A stretch of 12,148 bases of DNA from a virus (Duplodnaviria; Heunggongvirae; Uroviricota; Caudoviricetes), in IMG/VR virus record IMGVR_UViG_2585427761_000002; one strand, 5' to 3'. Shown here one piece after another: positions 1-7,410 of the stretch. The position numbers and the translations under genes are program-made. The stretch's first letter is position 1. Each line of letters begins with the position of its first letter. The notes beneath the pieces are model-generated. The model worked only from the letters and a program-made list of their open reading frames with translations. It searched no databases and was not told the DNA's origin.

Positions 1-960
1 TTCCATATCTGGACGGCGTACAGTCCGTTCACCACCTGGGTACAGATTGTCTATGACTGGCTGGATGCACTGAAAGATCCCAACGGCCTGAAAACCTTTG
101 TGAACACCACGCTGGGCGAGACCTGGGAAGAGGCCGTGGGCGAAAAACTCGATCACCAGGTGCTGATGGATAAGGTTGTGCGTTACACGGCTGCGGTGCC
201 TTCCCGGGTGGTTTATCTGACGGCGGGCATTGACTCGCAGCGAAACCGTTTTGAGATGTATGTCTGGGGATGGGCTCCGGGAGAGGAAGCCTTTCTGGTG
301 GATAAAATCATCATTATGGGGCGTCCCGATGAGGAAGAGACGCTGTTACGTGTGGATGTGGCGATCAACAAAAAATACCGCCATGCAGACGGAACCGAAA
401 TGACCATTTCCCGTGTCTGCTGGGACACCGGGGGGATCGATGGCGAAATTGTCTATCAGAGGTCAAAAAAACACGGTGTTTTCCGGGTGCTGCCGGTAAA
501 AGGTGCATCTGTTTATGGCAAGCCGGTGATCACCATGCCAAAAACCCGCAATCAGCGGGGCGTGTATCTGTGCGAAGTGGGGACGGACACCGCAAAAGAA
601 ATTCTCTATGCCCGTATGAAAGCCGATCCCACGCCTGCGGATGAAGCCACGTCGTATGCCATCCGTTTTCCTGATGATCCGGAGATTTTTTCGCAGACAG
701 AGGCGCAGCAACTGGTGGCGGAAGAGCTTGTGGAGAAGTGGGAAAAAGGAAAGATGCGTCTGCTGTGGGATAACAAAAAGCGGCGTAACGAAGCGCTGGA
801 CTGCCTGGTGTATGCCTACGCGGCATTACGTGTGTCCGTGCAACGCTGGCAGCTTGATCTGGCTGTACTGGCAAAATCCCGGGAAGAAGAGACGACCCGG
901 CCAACCCTTAAAGAACTGGCAGCGAAGCTGTCCGGAGGAGTGAATGGTTACAGTCGCTGA
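1..960 (+). CDS. A: Terminase large subunit, C-terminal portion (5' end lies upstream of the window)
   Basis: Frame 1 is open from position 1 and translates FHIWTAYSPFTTWVQIV...KTFVNTTLGETWE...WGWAPGEE...CWDTGGID...SKKHGVFRV...KGASVYGKP...KKRRNEALDC...RWQLDL, which closely matches the C-terminal third of lambda gpA. Stop TGA at 958-960 overlaps the W start. Confidence 0.93.
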   Translation, partial: FHIWTAYSPFTTWVQIVYDWLDALKDPNGLKTFVNTTLGETWEEAVGEKLDHQVLMDKVVRYTAAVPSRVVYLTAGIDSQRNRFEMYVWGWAPGEEAFLVDKIIIMGRPDEEETLLRVDVAINKKYRHADGTEMTISRVCWDTGGIDGEIVYQRSKKHGVFRVLPVKGASVYGKPVITMPKTRNQRGVYLCEVGTDTAKEILYARMKADPTPADEATSYAIRFPDDPEIFSQTEAQQLVAEELVEKWEKGKMRLLWDNKKRRNEALDCLVYAYAALRVSVQRWQLDLAVLAKSREEETTRPTLKELAAKLSGGVNGYSR

Positions 961-1150
961 ACTGCAGGCGCTGCGTCAGGCGCGCCTTGATTTATTAACC
1001 GGTAAACGGGTGGTGTCTGTCCAGAAAGATGGTCGCAGAATTGAATATACGGCAGCTTCTCTGGATGAGCTTAACCGGGCGATCAATGATGCGGAGTCGG
1101 TACTGGGGACAACCCGCCGTCGCCGTCGTCCGCTGGGAGTGAGGTTATGA
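944..1150 (+). CDS. W: Head completion / head-tail joining protein gpW
   Basis: 68-aa product MVTVAELQALRQARLDLLTGKRVVSVQKDGRRIEYTAAS... matches lambda gpW (68 aa, ...[23 protein letters not shown]...). ATG at 944 is preceded by GGAGGA at 933-938; the stop overlaps the B start (ATGA). Confidence 0.92.
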   Translation: MVTVAELQALRQARLDLLTGKRVVSVQKDGRRIEYTAASLDELNRAINDAESVLGTTRRRRRPLGVRL

Positions 1151-2739
1151 AACGAACGCCTGTCCTGATTGATGTGAACGGCGTTCCGCTTCGGGAGAGC
1201 CTCAGCTACAACGGTGGCGGTGCAGGATTTGGCGGGCAAATGGCAGAGTGGTTGCCACCCTCGCAGAGTGCCGATGCGGCCCTGCTGCCCGCGTTGCGTC
1301 TGGGGAATGCCCGTGCAGATGATCTGGTGCGCAATAACGGAATAGCGGCCAATGCGGTGGCCCTGCATAAGGATCACATTGTCGGGCATATGTTTCTGAT
1401 TAGCTACCGTCCGAACTGGCGCTGGCTGGGGATGCGGGAGACCGCAGCAAAAAGCTTTGTCGATGAGGTGGAGGCGGCCTGGTCGGAATACGCCGAAGGG
1501 ATGTCTGGCGAGATCGACGTGGAAGGAAAACGCACGTTCACGGAATTTATCCGTGAAGGTGTGGGCGTTCATGCGTTTAACGGCGAAATCTTTGTGCAGC
1601 CGGTCTGGGATACGGAAACCACGCAGTTATTCCGTACGCGTTTTAAAGCCGTGAGTCCGAAACGGGTGGACACGCCAGGACACGGTATGGGGAACCGTTT
1701 TCTGCGGGCCGGGGTGGAGGTCGATCGATATGGCCGTGCCGTTGCGTACCATATCTGTGAGGATGATTTTCCTCGCTCCGGGAGTGGACGATGGGAACGG
1801 ATCCCGCGTGAACTTGCCACCGGGCGTCCGGCCATGCTGCATATTTTCGAGCCGGTGGAGGACGGGCAGACCCGTGGGGCTAATCAGTTTTACAGCGTCA
1901 TGGAACGGCTGAAGATGCTCGATTCCCTGCAGGCAACACAGCTTCAGTCGGCCATAGTGAAGGCGATGTATGCAGCGACGATTGAAAGTGAACTTGATAC
2001 CGAAAAGGCCTTTGAATATATCGCCGGCGCGCCACAGGAGCAGAAGGATAATCCGCTTATTAATATTCTGGAGAAGTTCTCCAGCTGGTATGACACGAAT
2101 AACGTGACACTGGGCGGTGTCAAAATTCCGCACCTTTTCCCTGGTGATGATCTGAAACTACAGACTGCGCAGGATTCAGACAATGGATTTTCTGCGCTTG
2201 AACAGGCGCTGCTGCGGTATATCGCCGCCGGTCTTGGCGTTTCCTACGAACAGTTGTCCCGTGATTACTCGAAGGTCAGTTATTCAAGTGCCAGGGCCTC
2301 TGCCAATGAGTCGTGGCGCTATTTTATGGGGCGGCGAAAATTTATTGCGGCCCGGCTGGCCACGCAGATGTTTTCCTGCTGGCTGGAAGAGGCACTTCTT
2401 CGGGGGATTATTCGTCCGCCACGGGCACGTTTTGATTTTTATCAGGCGCGATCAGCCTGGTCACGGGCAGAGTGGATTGGTGCCGGAAGAATGGCCATTG
2501 ACGGGCTCAAGGAGGTTCAGGAATCGGTGATGCGCATTGAGGCCGGACTGAGCACGTATGAGAAAGAGCTGGCGCTGATGGGCGAGGATTATCAGGACAT
2601 TTTCCGCCAGCAGGTCAGGGAATCTGCTGAGCGGCAAAAAGCCGGACTCTCACGTCCGGTGTGGATAGCGCAGGCGTATCAGCAGCAGATAGCGGAGAGT
2701 CGCAGGCCGGAAGAGGAGACAACACCACGTGAGACGTAA
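1147..2739 (+). CDS. B: Portal protein gpB
   Basis: 530-aa product with long stretches matching lambda gpB (for example NARADDLVRNNG, FEPVEDGQTRGAN, YSVME..KMLD.LQ.TQLQSAIVKAMYAATIESELDT, LLRYIAAGLGVSYEQLSR, GRMAIDGLKEVQE, AGLSTYEKE). ATG at 1147 overlaps the W stop. Confidence 0.95.
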   Translation: MKRTPVLIDVNGVPLRESLSYNGGGAGFGGQMAEWLPPSQSADAALLPALRLGNARADDLVRNNGIAANAVALHKDHIVGHMFLISYRPNWRWLGMRETAAKSFVDEVEAAWSEYAEGMSGEIDVEGKRTFTEFIREGVGVHAFNGEIFVQPVWDTETTQLFRTRFKAVSPKRVDTPGHGMGNRFLRAGVEVDRYGRAVAYHICEDDFPRSGSGRWERIPRELATGRPAMLHIFEPVEDGQTRGANQFYSVMERLKMLDSLQATQLQSAIVKAMYAATIESELDTEKAFEYIAGAPQEQKDNPLINILEKFSSWYDTNNVTLGGVKIPHLFPGDDLKLQTAQDSDNGFSALEQALLRYIAAGLGVSYEQLSRDYSKVSYSSARASANESWRYFMGRRKFIAARLATQMFSCWLEEALLRGIIRPPRARFDFYQARSAWSRAEWIGAGRMAIDGLKEVQESVMRIEAGLSTYEKELALMGEDYQDIFRQQVRESAERQKAGLSRPVWIAQAYQQQIAESRRPEEETTPRET

Positions 2740-4234
2740 TCTTTCACACATTATTGCCGCAGCATTCAATGAACCGCTGCTTCTGGAGCCCGCCTATGCG
2801 CGGGTTTTCTTTTGCGCGCTCGGGCGCGAGATGGGGGCAGCAAGTCTTTCGGTACCACAACAGCAGGTACAGTTTGATGCTCCCGGAATGCTGGCTGAAA
2901 CGGACGAGTACATGGCCGGAGGTAAACGACCGGCCCGTGTTTACAGGGTGGTGAACGGTATTGCTGTACTGCCGGTGACCGGCACGCTGGTGCACCGGCT
3001 GGGGGGGATGCGGCCATTTTCCGGAATGACAGGCTATGACGGCATTGTCGCCTGTCTTCAGCAGGCAATGGCGGATAGCCAGGTGCGGGGCGTACTGCTG
3101 GACATTGACAGTCCGGGCGGGCAGGCCGCCGGCGCGTTTGACTGCGCTGACATGATTTACCGCCTCCGTCAGCAGAAGCCGGTCTGGGCACTGTGCAATG
3201 ACACGGCCTGTTCTGCAGCCATGCTGCTGGCGTCGGCCTGCTCCCGACGGCTGGTTACCCAGACATCCCGTATCGGCTCCATTGGCGTGATGATGAGCCA
3301 TGTCAGCTATGCCGGTCATCTGGCGCAGGCCGGTGTGGATATCACGCTGATTTACTCAGGGGCGCACAAGGTGGATGGCAATCAGTTTGAAGCCTTACCG
3401 GCAGAGGTTCGCCAGGACATGCAGCAGCGCATTGATGCGGCGCGCCGGATGTTTGCCGAAAAAGTGGCCATGTTTACCGGTCTGTCTGTTGATGCCGTCA
3501 CGGGAACAGAGGCCGCCGTTTTTGAAGGTCAGTCCGGCATTGATGCCGGGCTGGCGGATGAATTAGTCAATGCGTCGGATGCCATCAGTGTGATGGCCAC
3601 GGCGCTGAACAGTAATGTCAGAGGAGGCACTATGCCGCAATTAACTGCAACGGAAGCCGCAGTGCAGGAGAACCAGCGAGTGATGGGGATCCTGACGTGT
3701 CAGGAAGCGAAAGGACGTGAACAGCTTGCCACGATGCTGGCAGGGCAACAGGGCATGAGCGTTGAACAGGCCCGGGCGATTCTGGCCGCGGCGGCACCGC
3801 AGCAGCCGGTGGCATCCACGCAGAGTGAAGCCGATCGCATTATGGCGTGTGAAGAAGCGAACGGTCGTGAACAACTGGCGGCAACGCTGGCGGCGATGCC
3901 GGAGATGACGGTGGAAAAAGCCCGCCCGATCCTGGCGGCTGCACCACTGGCGGATGCCGGGCCCTCACTTCGTGATCAGATCATGGCCCTGGATGAGGCA
4001 AAAGGGGCAGAAGCGCAGGCTGAAAAACTGGCGGCCTGCCCGGGAATGACCGTGGAGAACGCCCGGGCTGTGCTGGCTGCGGGATCAGGTAAGGCCGAAC
4101 CGGTCTCTGCATCCACAACCGCCCTGTTTGAACGCATCATGGCGAACCATTCACCGGCAGCGGTACAGGGTGGCGTGCCACAGACGTCAGCAGACGGTGA
4201 TGCGGACGTGAAAATGCTCATGGCTATGCCATGA
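2729..4234 (+). CDS. C: Prohead protease / scaffold protein gpC (S49 family serine peptidase, lambda gpC-like), probable GTG start
   Basis: 501-aa product; the N-terminal two-thirds matches lambda gpC (AFNEPLLLEPAYARVFFCAL, GYDGI, LLDIDSPGG, AFDCADMIYRLRQQKPVWALCNDTACSAAMLLASACSRRLVTQTSRIGSIGVMMSHVSYAGHLAQAGVDITLIYSGAHKVDGN). The first codon at 2729 is GTG, with GAGGAG about 10 nt upstream. The start overlaps the end of B by 11 nt. Confidence 0.9.
   Translation: MRRNLSHIIAAAFNEPLLLEPAYARVFFCALGREMGAASLSVPQQQVQFDAPGMLAETDEYMAGGKRPARVYRVVNGIAVLPVTGTLVHRLGGMRPFSGMTGYDGIVACLQQAMADSQVRGVLLDIDSPGGQAAGAFDCADMIYRLRQQKPVWALCNDTACSAAMLLASACSRRLVTQTSRIGSIGVMMSHVSYAGHLAQAGVDITLIYSGAHKVDGNQFEALPAEVRQDMQQRIDAARRMFAEKVAMFTGLSVDAVTGTEAAVFEGQSGIDAGLADELVNASDAISVMATALNSNVRGGTMPQLTATEAAVQENQRVMGILTCQEAKGREQLATMLAGQQGMSVEQARAILAAAAPQQPVASTQSEADRIMACEEANGREQLAATLAAMPEMTVEKARPILAAAPLADAGPSLRDQIMALDEAKGAEAQAEKLAACPGMTVENARAVLAAGSGKAEPVSASTTALFERIMANHSPAAVQGGVPQTSADGDADVKMLMAMP
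3632..4234 (+). CDS. Nu3: Nu3-like scaffolding protein from an internal in-frame start within C (nested gene)
   Basis: In-frame ATG at 3632 is preceded by a strong Shine-Dalgarno GAGGAGG at 3621-3627. In lambda, Nu3 is translated in the C frame from an internal start and shares the C-terminus of gpC. The exact start here is inferred, not proven. Confidence 0.55.
   Translation: MPQLTATEAAVQENQRVMGILTCQEAKGREQLATMLAGQQGMSVEQARAILAAAAPQQPVASTQSEADRIMACEEANGREQLAATLAAMPEMTVEKARPILAAAPLADAGPSLRDQIMALDEAKGAEAQAEKLAACPGMTVENARAVLAAGSGKAEPVSASTTALFERIMANHSPAAVQGGVPQTSADGDADVKMLMAMP
3668..4093 (+). repeat. Three degenerate tandem copies of a ~46-47-aa motif within the C/Nu3 C-terminal scaffold region
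   Basis: Protein-level repeats: ENQRVMGILTCQEAKGREQLATMLAGQQGMSVEQARAILAAAAP (from 3668); EADRIMACEEANGREQLAATLAAMPEMTVEKARPILAAAPL (from 3827); LRDQIMALDEAKGAEAQAEKLAACPGMTVENARAVLAAG (from 3968). Spacing is 159 and 141 nt; the copies are diverged at the DNA level. Confidence 0.8.
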
Positions 4235-4270
4235 AGTCAGTGCTGACCATCAACAGGAGGTTTTAACAAA

Positions 4271-4618
4271 ATGGTAACGAAAACCATCACTGAACAGCGT
4301 GCGGAAGTACGTATTTTTGCCGGTAATGATCCGGCTCATACCGCCACAGGCAGCAGCGGGATTTCCTCGGCAACACCGGCACTGACGCCCCTGATGCTGG
4401 ATGAAGCCAGCGGGAAACTGGTGGTCTGGGACGGACAGAAAGCCGGTAGTGCGGTTGGCATACTGGTACTGCCGCTTGAAGGCACAGAGACGGTACTGAC
4501 GTATTACAAGTCGGGGACCTTTGCGACGGAGGCAATCCGCTGGCCTGACAGTGTGGATGAACACAAAAAGGCAAATGCCTTTGCCGGCAGTGCCCTGAGT
4601 CACGCGGCGCTGCCGTAA
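4271..4618 (+). CDS. D: Head decoration protein gpD
   Basis: 115-aa product with DPAHTATG, TPLMLD, KLVVWDG, AVGIL, YYKSGTF and AFAG, matching lambda gpD (110 aa). ATG at 4271 with AGGAGG upstream. Confidence 0.93.
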   Translation: MVTKTITEQRAEVRIFAGNDPAHTATGSSGISSATPALTPLMLDEASGKLVVWDGQKAGSAVGILVLPLEGTETVLTYYKSGTFATEAIRWPDSVDEHKKANAFAGSALSHAALP

Positions 4619-4625
4619 CACGTTA

Positions 4626-4647
4626 TCAGGCCACCGCGGTGGCCTGA
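4626..4647. repeat. Perfect 22-bp palindrome TCAGGCCACCG|CGGTGGCCTGA in the D-E intergenic region
   Basis: The two 11-nt halves are exact reverse complements, counted base by base. It lies 8 nt after the D stop and 29 nt before the E start. No clean U-tract follows, so it is not a classical intrinsic terminator. Confidence 0.6.
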
Positions 4648-4675
4648 CTGATTTCTGAATGAAAGGAACTGATTT

Positions 4676-5701
4676 ATGGGATTGTTTACGACCCGCCAGT
4701 TACTCGGTTATACCGAACAAAAAGTGAAATTTCGTGCGCTGTTTCTGGAGCTGTTTTTCCGCCGTACGGTGAATTTCCATACCGAAGAGGTGATGCTGGA
4801 CAAAATTACCGGAAAAACGCCGGTGGCGGCCTATGTCTCCCCGGTCGTTGAAGGAAAAGTGCTGCGTCATCGCGGTGGTGAAACCCGCGTGTTACGTCCG
4901 GGCTACGTCAAGCCGAAACACGAATTTAATTACCAGCAGGCGGTTGAGCGTCTTCCCGGTGAAGATCCGGCTCAACTGAACGACCCGGCCTACCGTCGTC
5001 TGCGTATCATCACCGATAACCTCAAACAGGAAGAGCATGCCATTGTCCAGGTGGAAGAAATGCAGGCGGTGAATGCCGTGCTGTATGGCAAATACACCAT
5101 GGAAGGAGACCAGTTCGAGAAAATCGAAGTCGATTTTGGACGATCGAAGAAAATAACATCAGCAGGCAGCGGTAAAAAATGGTCAAAACAGGACCGTGAC
5201 ACGTTCGACCCGACACATGATATCGACCTCTACTGCGATCAGGCCAGCGATCTTGTGAATATTGCCATTATGGACGGTACTGTCTGGCGTCTGCTGAATG
5301 GTTTTAAGCTGTTCCGCGAAAAAATGGATACCCGTCGCGGCTCAAATTCACAACTCGAAACGGCAGTGAAAGACCTGGGCGCAGTGGTATCCTTCAAAGG
5401 GTATTACGGCGATCTGGCCATTGTGGTAGCGAAAACGTCTTATGTGGCAGAGGACGGTACCGAAAAACGTTATCTGCCGGAGGGCACGCTGGTGCTGGGG
5501 AATACGGCAGCAGAGGGGATTCGTTGCTATGGAGCCATTAAGGATGCACAGGCGTTGTCTGAAGGAGTGGTGGCTTCTTCCCGTTACCCGAAACACTGGC
5601 TGACCGTGGGCGATCCGTCCTGTGAATTCACCATGACGCAGTCCGCGCCGCTGATGGTGCTGCCGGATCCGGATGAGTTTGTGGTGGTACAGGTGAAATA
5701 A
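4676..5701 (+). CDS. E: Major capsid protein gpE
   Basis: 341-aa product, the same length as lambda gpE, with extensive identity (PGYVKPKHE, DPAYRR.RII, VEEMQAV.AVL.GKYTM, DTRRGSNS.LETAVKDLG, YPK.W.T.GDP..EFTM.QSAPLM.L.DPDEFV.VQ). AAGGAA lies 7 nt upstream of the ATG. Confidence 0.95.
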   Translation: MGLFTTRQLLGYTEQKVKFRALFLELFFRRTVNFHTEEVMLDKITGKTPVAAYVSPVVEGKVLRHRGGETRVLRPGYVKPKHEFNYQQAVERLPGEDPAQLNDPAYRRLRIITDNLKQEEHAIVQVEEMQAVNAVLYGKYTMEGDQFEKIEVDFGRSKKITSAGSGKKWSKQDRDTFDPTHDIDLYCDQASDLVNIAIMDGTVWRLLNGFKLFREKMDTRRGSNSQLETAVKDLGAVVSFKGYYGDLAIVVAKTSYVAEDGTEKRYLPEGTLVLGNTAAEGIRCYGAIKDAQALSEGVVASSRYPKHWLTVGDPSCEFTMTQSAPLMVLPDPDEFVVVQVK

Positions 5702-5709
5702 TCCGTGAG

Positions 5710-5737
5710 CGGGGGCGAAATGCCCCCGTGTTTTTTT
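5710..5737 (+). terminator. Canonical rho-independent terminator-like hairpin immediately downstream of E
   Basis: CGGGGGC (5710-5716), loop GAAAT, GCCCCCG (5722-5728): a 7-bp all-GC stem, followed after 2 nt by TTTTTTT (5731-5737). Confidence 0.6.
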
Positions 5738-5752
5738 CACAGGGAGCTGGAT

Positions 5753-6117
5753 ATGGCAACAAAAGAAGAAAATCAGAAACGTCTTCGTGAACTGGCTGGT
5801 CTGCTGGGGCGCGAGGCGGATATGTCGGGGAGTGCTGCGGATATCGCACAGCGTGTGGCAGAGTGGGAAGAGGAGGTTTGCGCCTCGGAAAATGAAATCG
5901 CAGATGTTGATGAGACCGGGCATGAGCAAAATCACACACACCGGTGAGCATGACAACACTATGCTGGAACGTAGCAGGCTTCGGAAATGCCTGCACCTGT
6001 GCGGTATTGACGGAAACAGGCCAGCCCGTTGAACTGACGTACCGGGGCATGCGTGTTCTGGTGCCATCACCACTGGCGACAGCCATGATACAGCACGGAA
6101 CGGCTGAGCATGCGTGA
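5753..6117 (+). pseudogene. FI: FI-like DNA-packaging / head assembly gene, apparently split across two reading frames
   Basis: ATG at 5753 with AGGGAG upstream. Frame 2 gives MATKEENQKRLRELAGLLGREADMSGSAADIAQRVAEWEEEV...DETGHEQNHTHR then a stop at 5945-5947, resembling the lambda gpFI N-terminus. Frame 1, open from 5926, gives ...CAVLTETGQPVELTYRGMRVLVPSPLATAMIQHGTAEHA and stops at 6115-6117 overlapping the FII start, resembling the lambda gpFI C-terminus. The frames overlap at 5926-5944, which contains a (CA)4 tract at 5933-5941. Confidence 0.55.
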
Positions 6118-6462
6118 TTTTCAGAATGCCTTTGATGCTGCCCTCGCCGGGGTGGACAGTACGATTGTTGAAGTGATGGGCTCTGTGCACAGTTCACCTC
6201 GGGGGCACAGTGTGGCGGAGAAGTTCAGGGGGTTTTTGACGATCCGGAGTCGCTGGGATTTGCCGGTAGCGGGGTCCGTATTGAAGGAAGCAGCCCGTCA
6301 TTATTTGTGCGGACGGATACGGTGCGTGCCGTGCGGCGTGGTGACACGCTGACCATTAACGGCGAGATGTTCTGGGTGGATCGTGTTTCTCCGGATGACG
6401 GGGGAAGCTGTTATCTCTGGCTCAACCGTGGGCAACCACCCGCTGTTAACCGGCGACGATAA
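6110..6462 (+). pseudogene. FII: FII head-tail joining gene with an apparent 1-nt deletion (frameshift) near codon 25
   Basis: Frame 2 from ATG 6110 gives MRDFQNAFDAALAGVDSTIVEVMGS, matching the lambda gpFII N-terminus MADFDNLFDAAIARADETIRGYMGTS. The homology then continues in frame 1 from about 6184: (C)AQFTSGAQCGGEVQGVFDDPESLGFAGSGVRIEGSSPSLFVRTDTVRAVRRGDTLTINGEMFWVDRVSPDDGGSCYLWLNRGQPPAVNRRR, stop 6460-6462, matching the rest of lambda gpFII. 25 + 92 codons = 117, the length I recall for lambda gpFII. The frame-2 ORF instead runs to 6352 with unrelated sequence. Confidence 0.8.
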
Positions 6463-6477
6463 ACGCAGGGTGAAATT

Positions 6478-7011
6478 ATGGCGATAAAAGGGCTTGAGCA
6501 GGCGATTGATAATCTGAGCCGGGTTCGTAAAAACGCCATTCCGGCGGCTTCTGCAATGACCATTAACCGCGTGGCCACAACGGCGATTAATCAGTCTTCA
6601 TCACAGGTTGCCCGGGAAACCAGGGTGAGACGGAAACTGGTAAAGGAACGGTCCAGACTGAAACGGGCGACGGTCAGAAATCCGAATGCCAGAATTATCG
6701 TTAACCGCGGTGATCTCCCGGTGATTAAGCTGGGGATCAGGATGCCGGGGCGTCGTCCGGACAGCATACTCAAAGCCGGTCAGCATCGTTATCAGCGGGC
6801 ATTTATTCAGCGATTAAAAAATGGTCGCTGGCATGTCATGCAGCGTGTGGTCGGGAAAAACCGTTACCCCATTGATGTGGTGAAAATCCCGATGGCGGCC
6901 CCACTGAAACAGGCGTTTGATGAGAATGTTGACCGTATCCGGCGTGAACGTCTGCCCAAAGAACTGGCATACGCGCTGAAACAACAACTGAGGATTGCGA
7001 TAAAACGATGA
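6478..7011 (+). CDS. Z: Tail completion protein gpZ
   Basis: 177-aa product MAIKGLEQAIDNLSR...INRVA...SQVARET.VRRKLVKER.RLKRATV.NP.ARI.VNRGDLPVIKLG...AFIQ.LKNGRWHVMQRV.GKNRYPIDVVKIPMA...RIRRERLPKEL.YAL..QLR..IKR, a strong match to lambda gpZ. Shorter than lambda in the middle. Confidence 0.93.
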   Translation: MAIKGLEQAIDNLSRVRKNAIPAASAMTINRVATTAINQSSSQVARETRVRRKLVKERSRLKRATVRNPNARIIVNRGDLPVIKLGIRMPGRRPDSILKAGQHRYQRAFIQRLKNGRWHVMQRVVGKNRYPIDVVKIPMAAPLKQAFDENVDRIRRERLPKELAYALKQQLRIAIKR

Positions 7012-7403
7012 AACACACTGACATTCGTGCCGCAGTGCTGGATGCACTGGAGCAGCATGAACACGGGGCGACGCTGTTTGATGGTCGCCCCGTTGTTTTT
7101 GACGAAGAGGATTTTCCTGCGATCGCGGTTTATCTGACGGATGCAGAGTATACCGGTGAAGAGCTGGATGCAGATACCTGGCGGGCCACACTGCATATTG
7201 AGGTGTTTTTACCGGCACAGGTACCGGATTCGGAGCTGGATTCGTGGATGGAGTCCCGGATTTATCCGGTGATGAGCGATATCCCGGCTCTGGCAGGACT
7301 GATTACCACGATGGTTACGCAGGGCTATGAGTATCGTCGTGATGACGATATGGCGTTATGGAGTTCTGCAGATCTGACTTATTCCATTACATACGAGATG
7401 TGA
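7008..7403 (+). CDS. U: Tail terminator protein gpU
   Basis: 131-aa product, the same length as lambda gpU and near-identical along its length ([108 protein letters not shown]). ATGA overlap with the Z stop. Confidence 0.95.
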   Translation: MKHTDIRAAVLDALEQHEHGATLFDGRPVVFDEEDFPAIAVYLTDAEYTGEELDADTWRATLHIEVFLPAQVPDSELDSWMESRIYPVMSDIPALAGLITTMVTQGYEYRRDDDMALWSSADLTYSITYEM

Positions 7404-7410
7404 GGACGAT

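Noticed and set aside
641-943. 100-aa alternative-frame ORF within the terminase gene; similar overlapping ORFs occur inside B, C and H on both strands
   Set aside because: All are embedded in out-of-frame or antisense positions within strongly conserved genes. Translations are basic or Cys-rich with low complexity. They are treated as chance ORFs.
5787-6032. Frame-3 ORF (81 aa) in the FI region as a separate gene or as the middle part of FI
   Set aside because: It sits entirely within the FI locus and its similarity to the FI middle segment is weak and ambiguous by eye. I cannot distinguish a single-indel from a two-indel model without an alignment tool, so it is not annotated separately.
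5348-6197. 280-aa and 189-aa minus-strand ORFs across the E, FI and FII region
   Set aside because: Antisense to E, FI and FII. The sequences are His/Cys/Arg-rich with no protein-like features.
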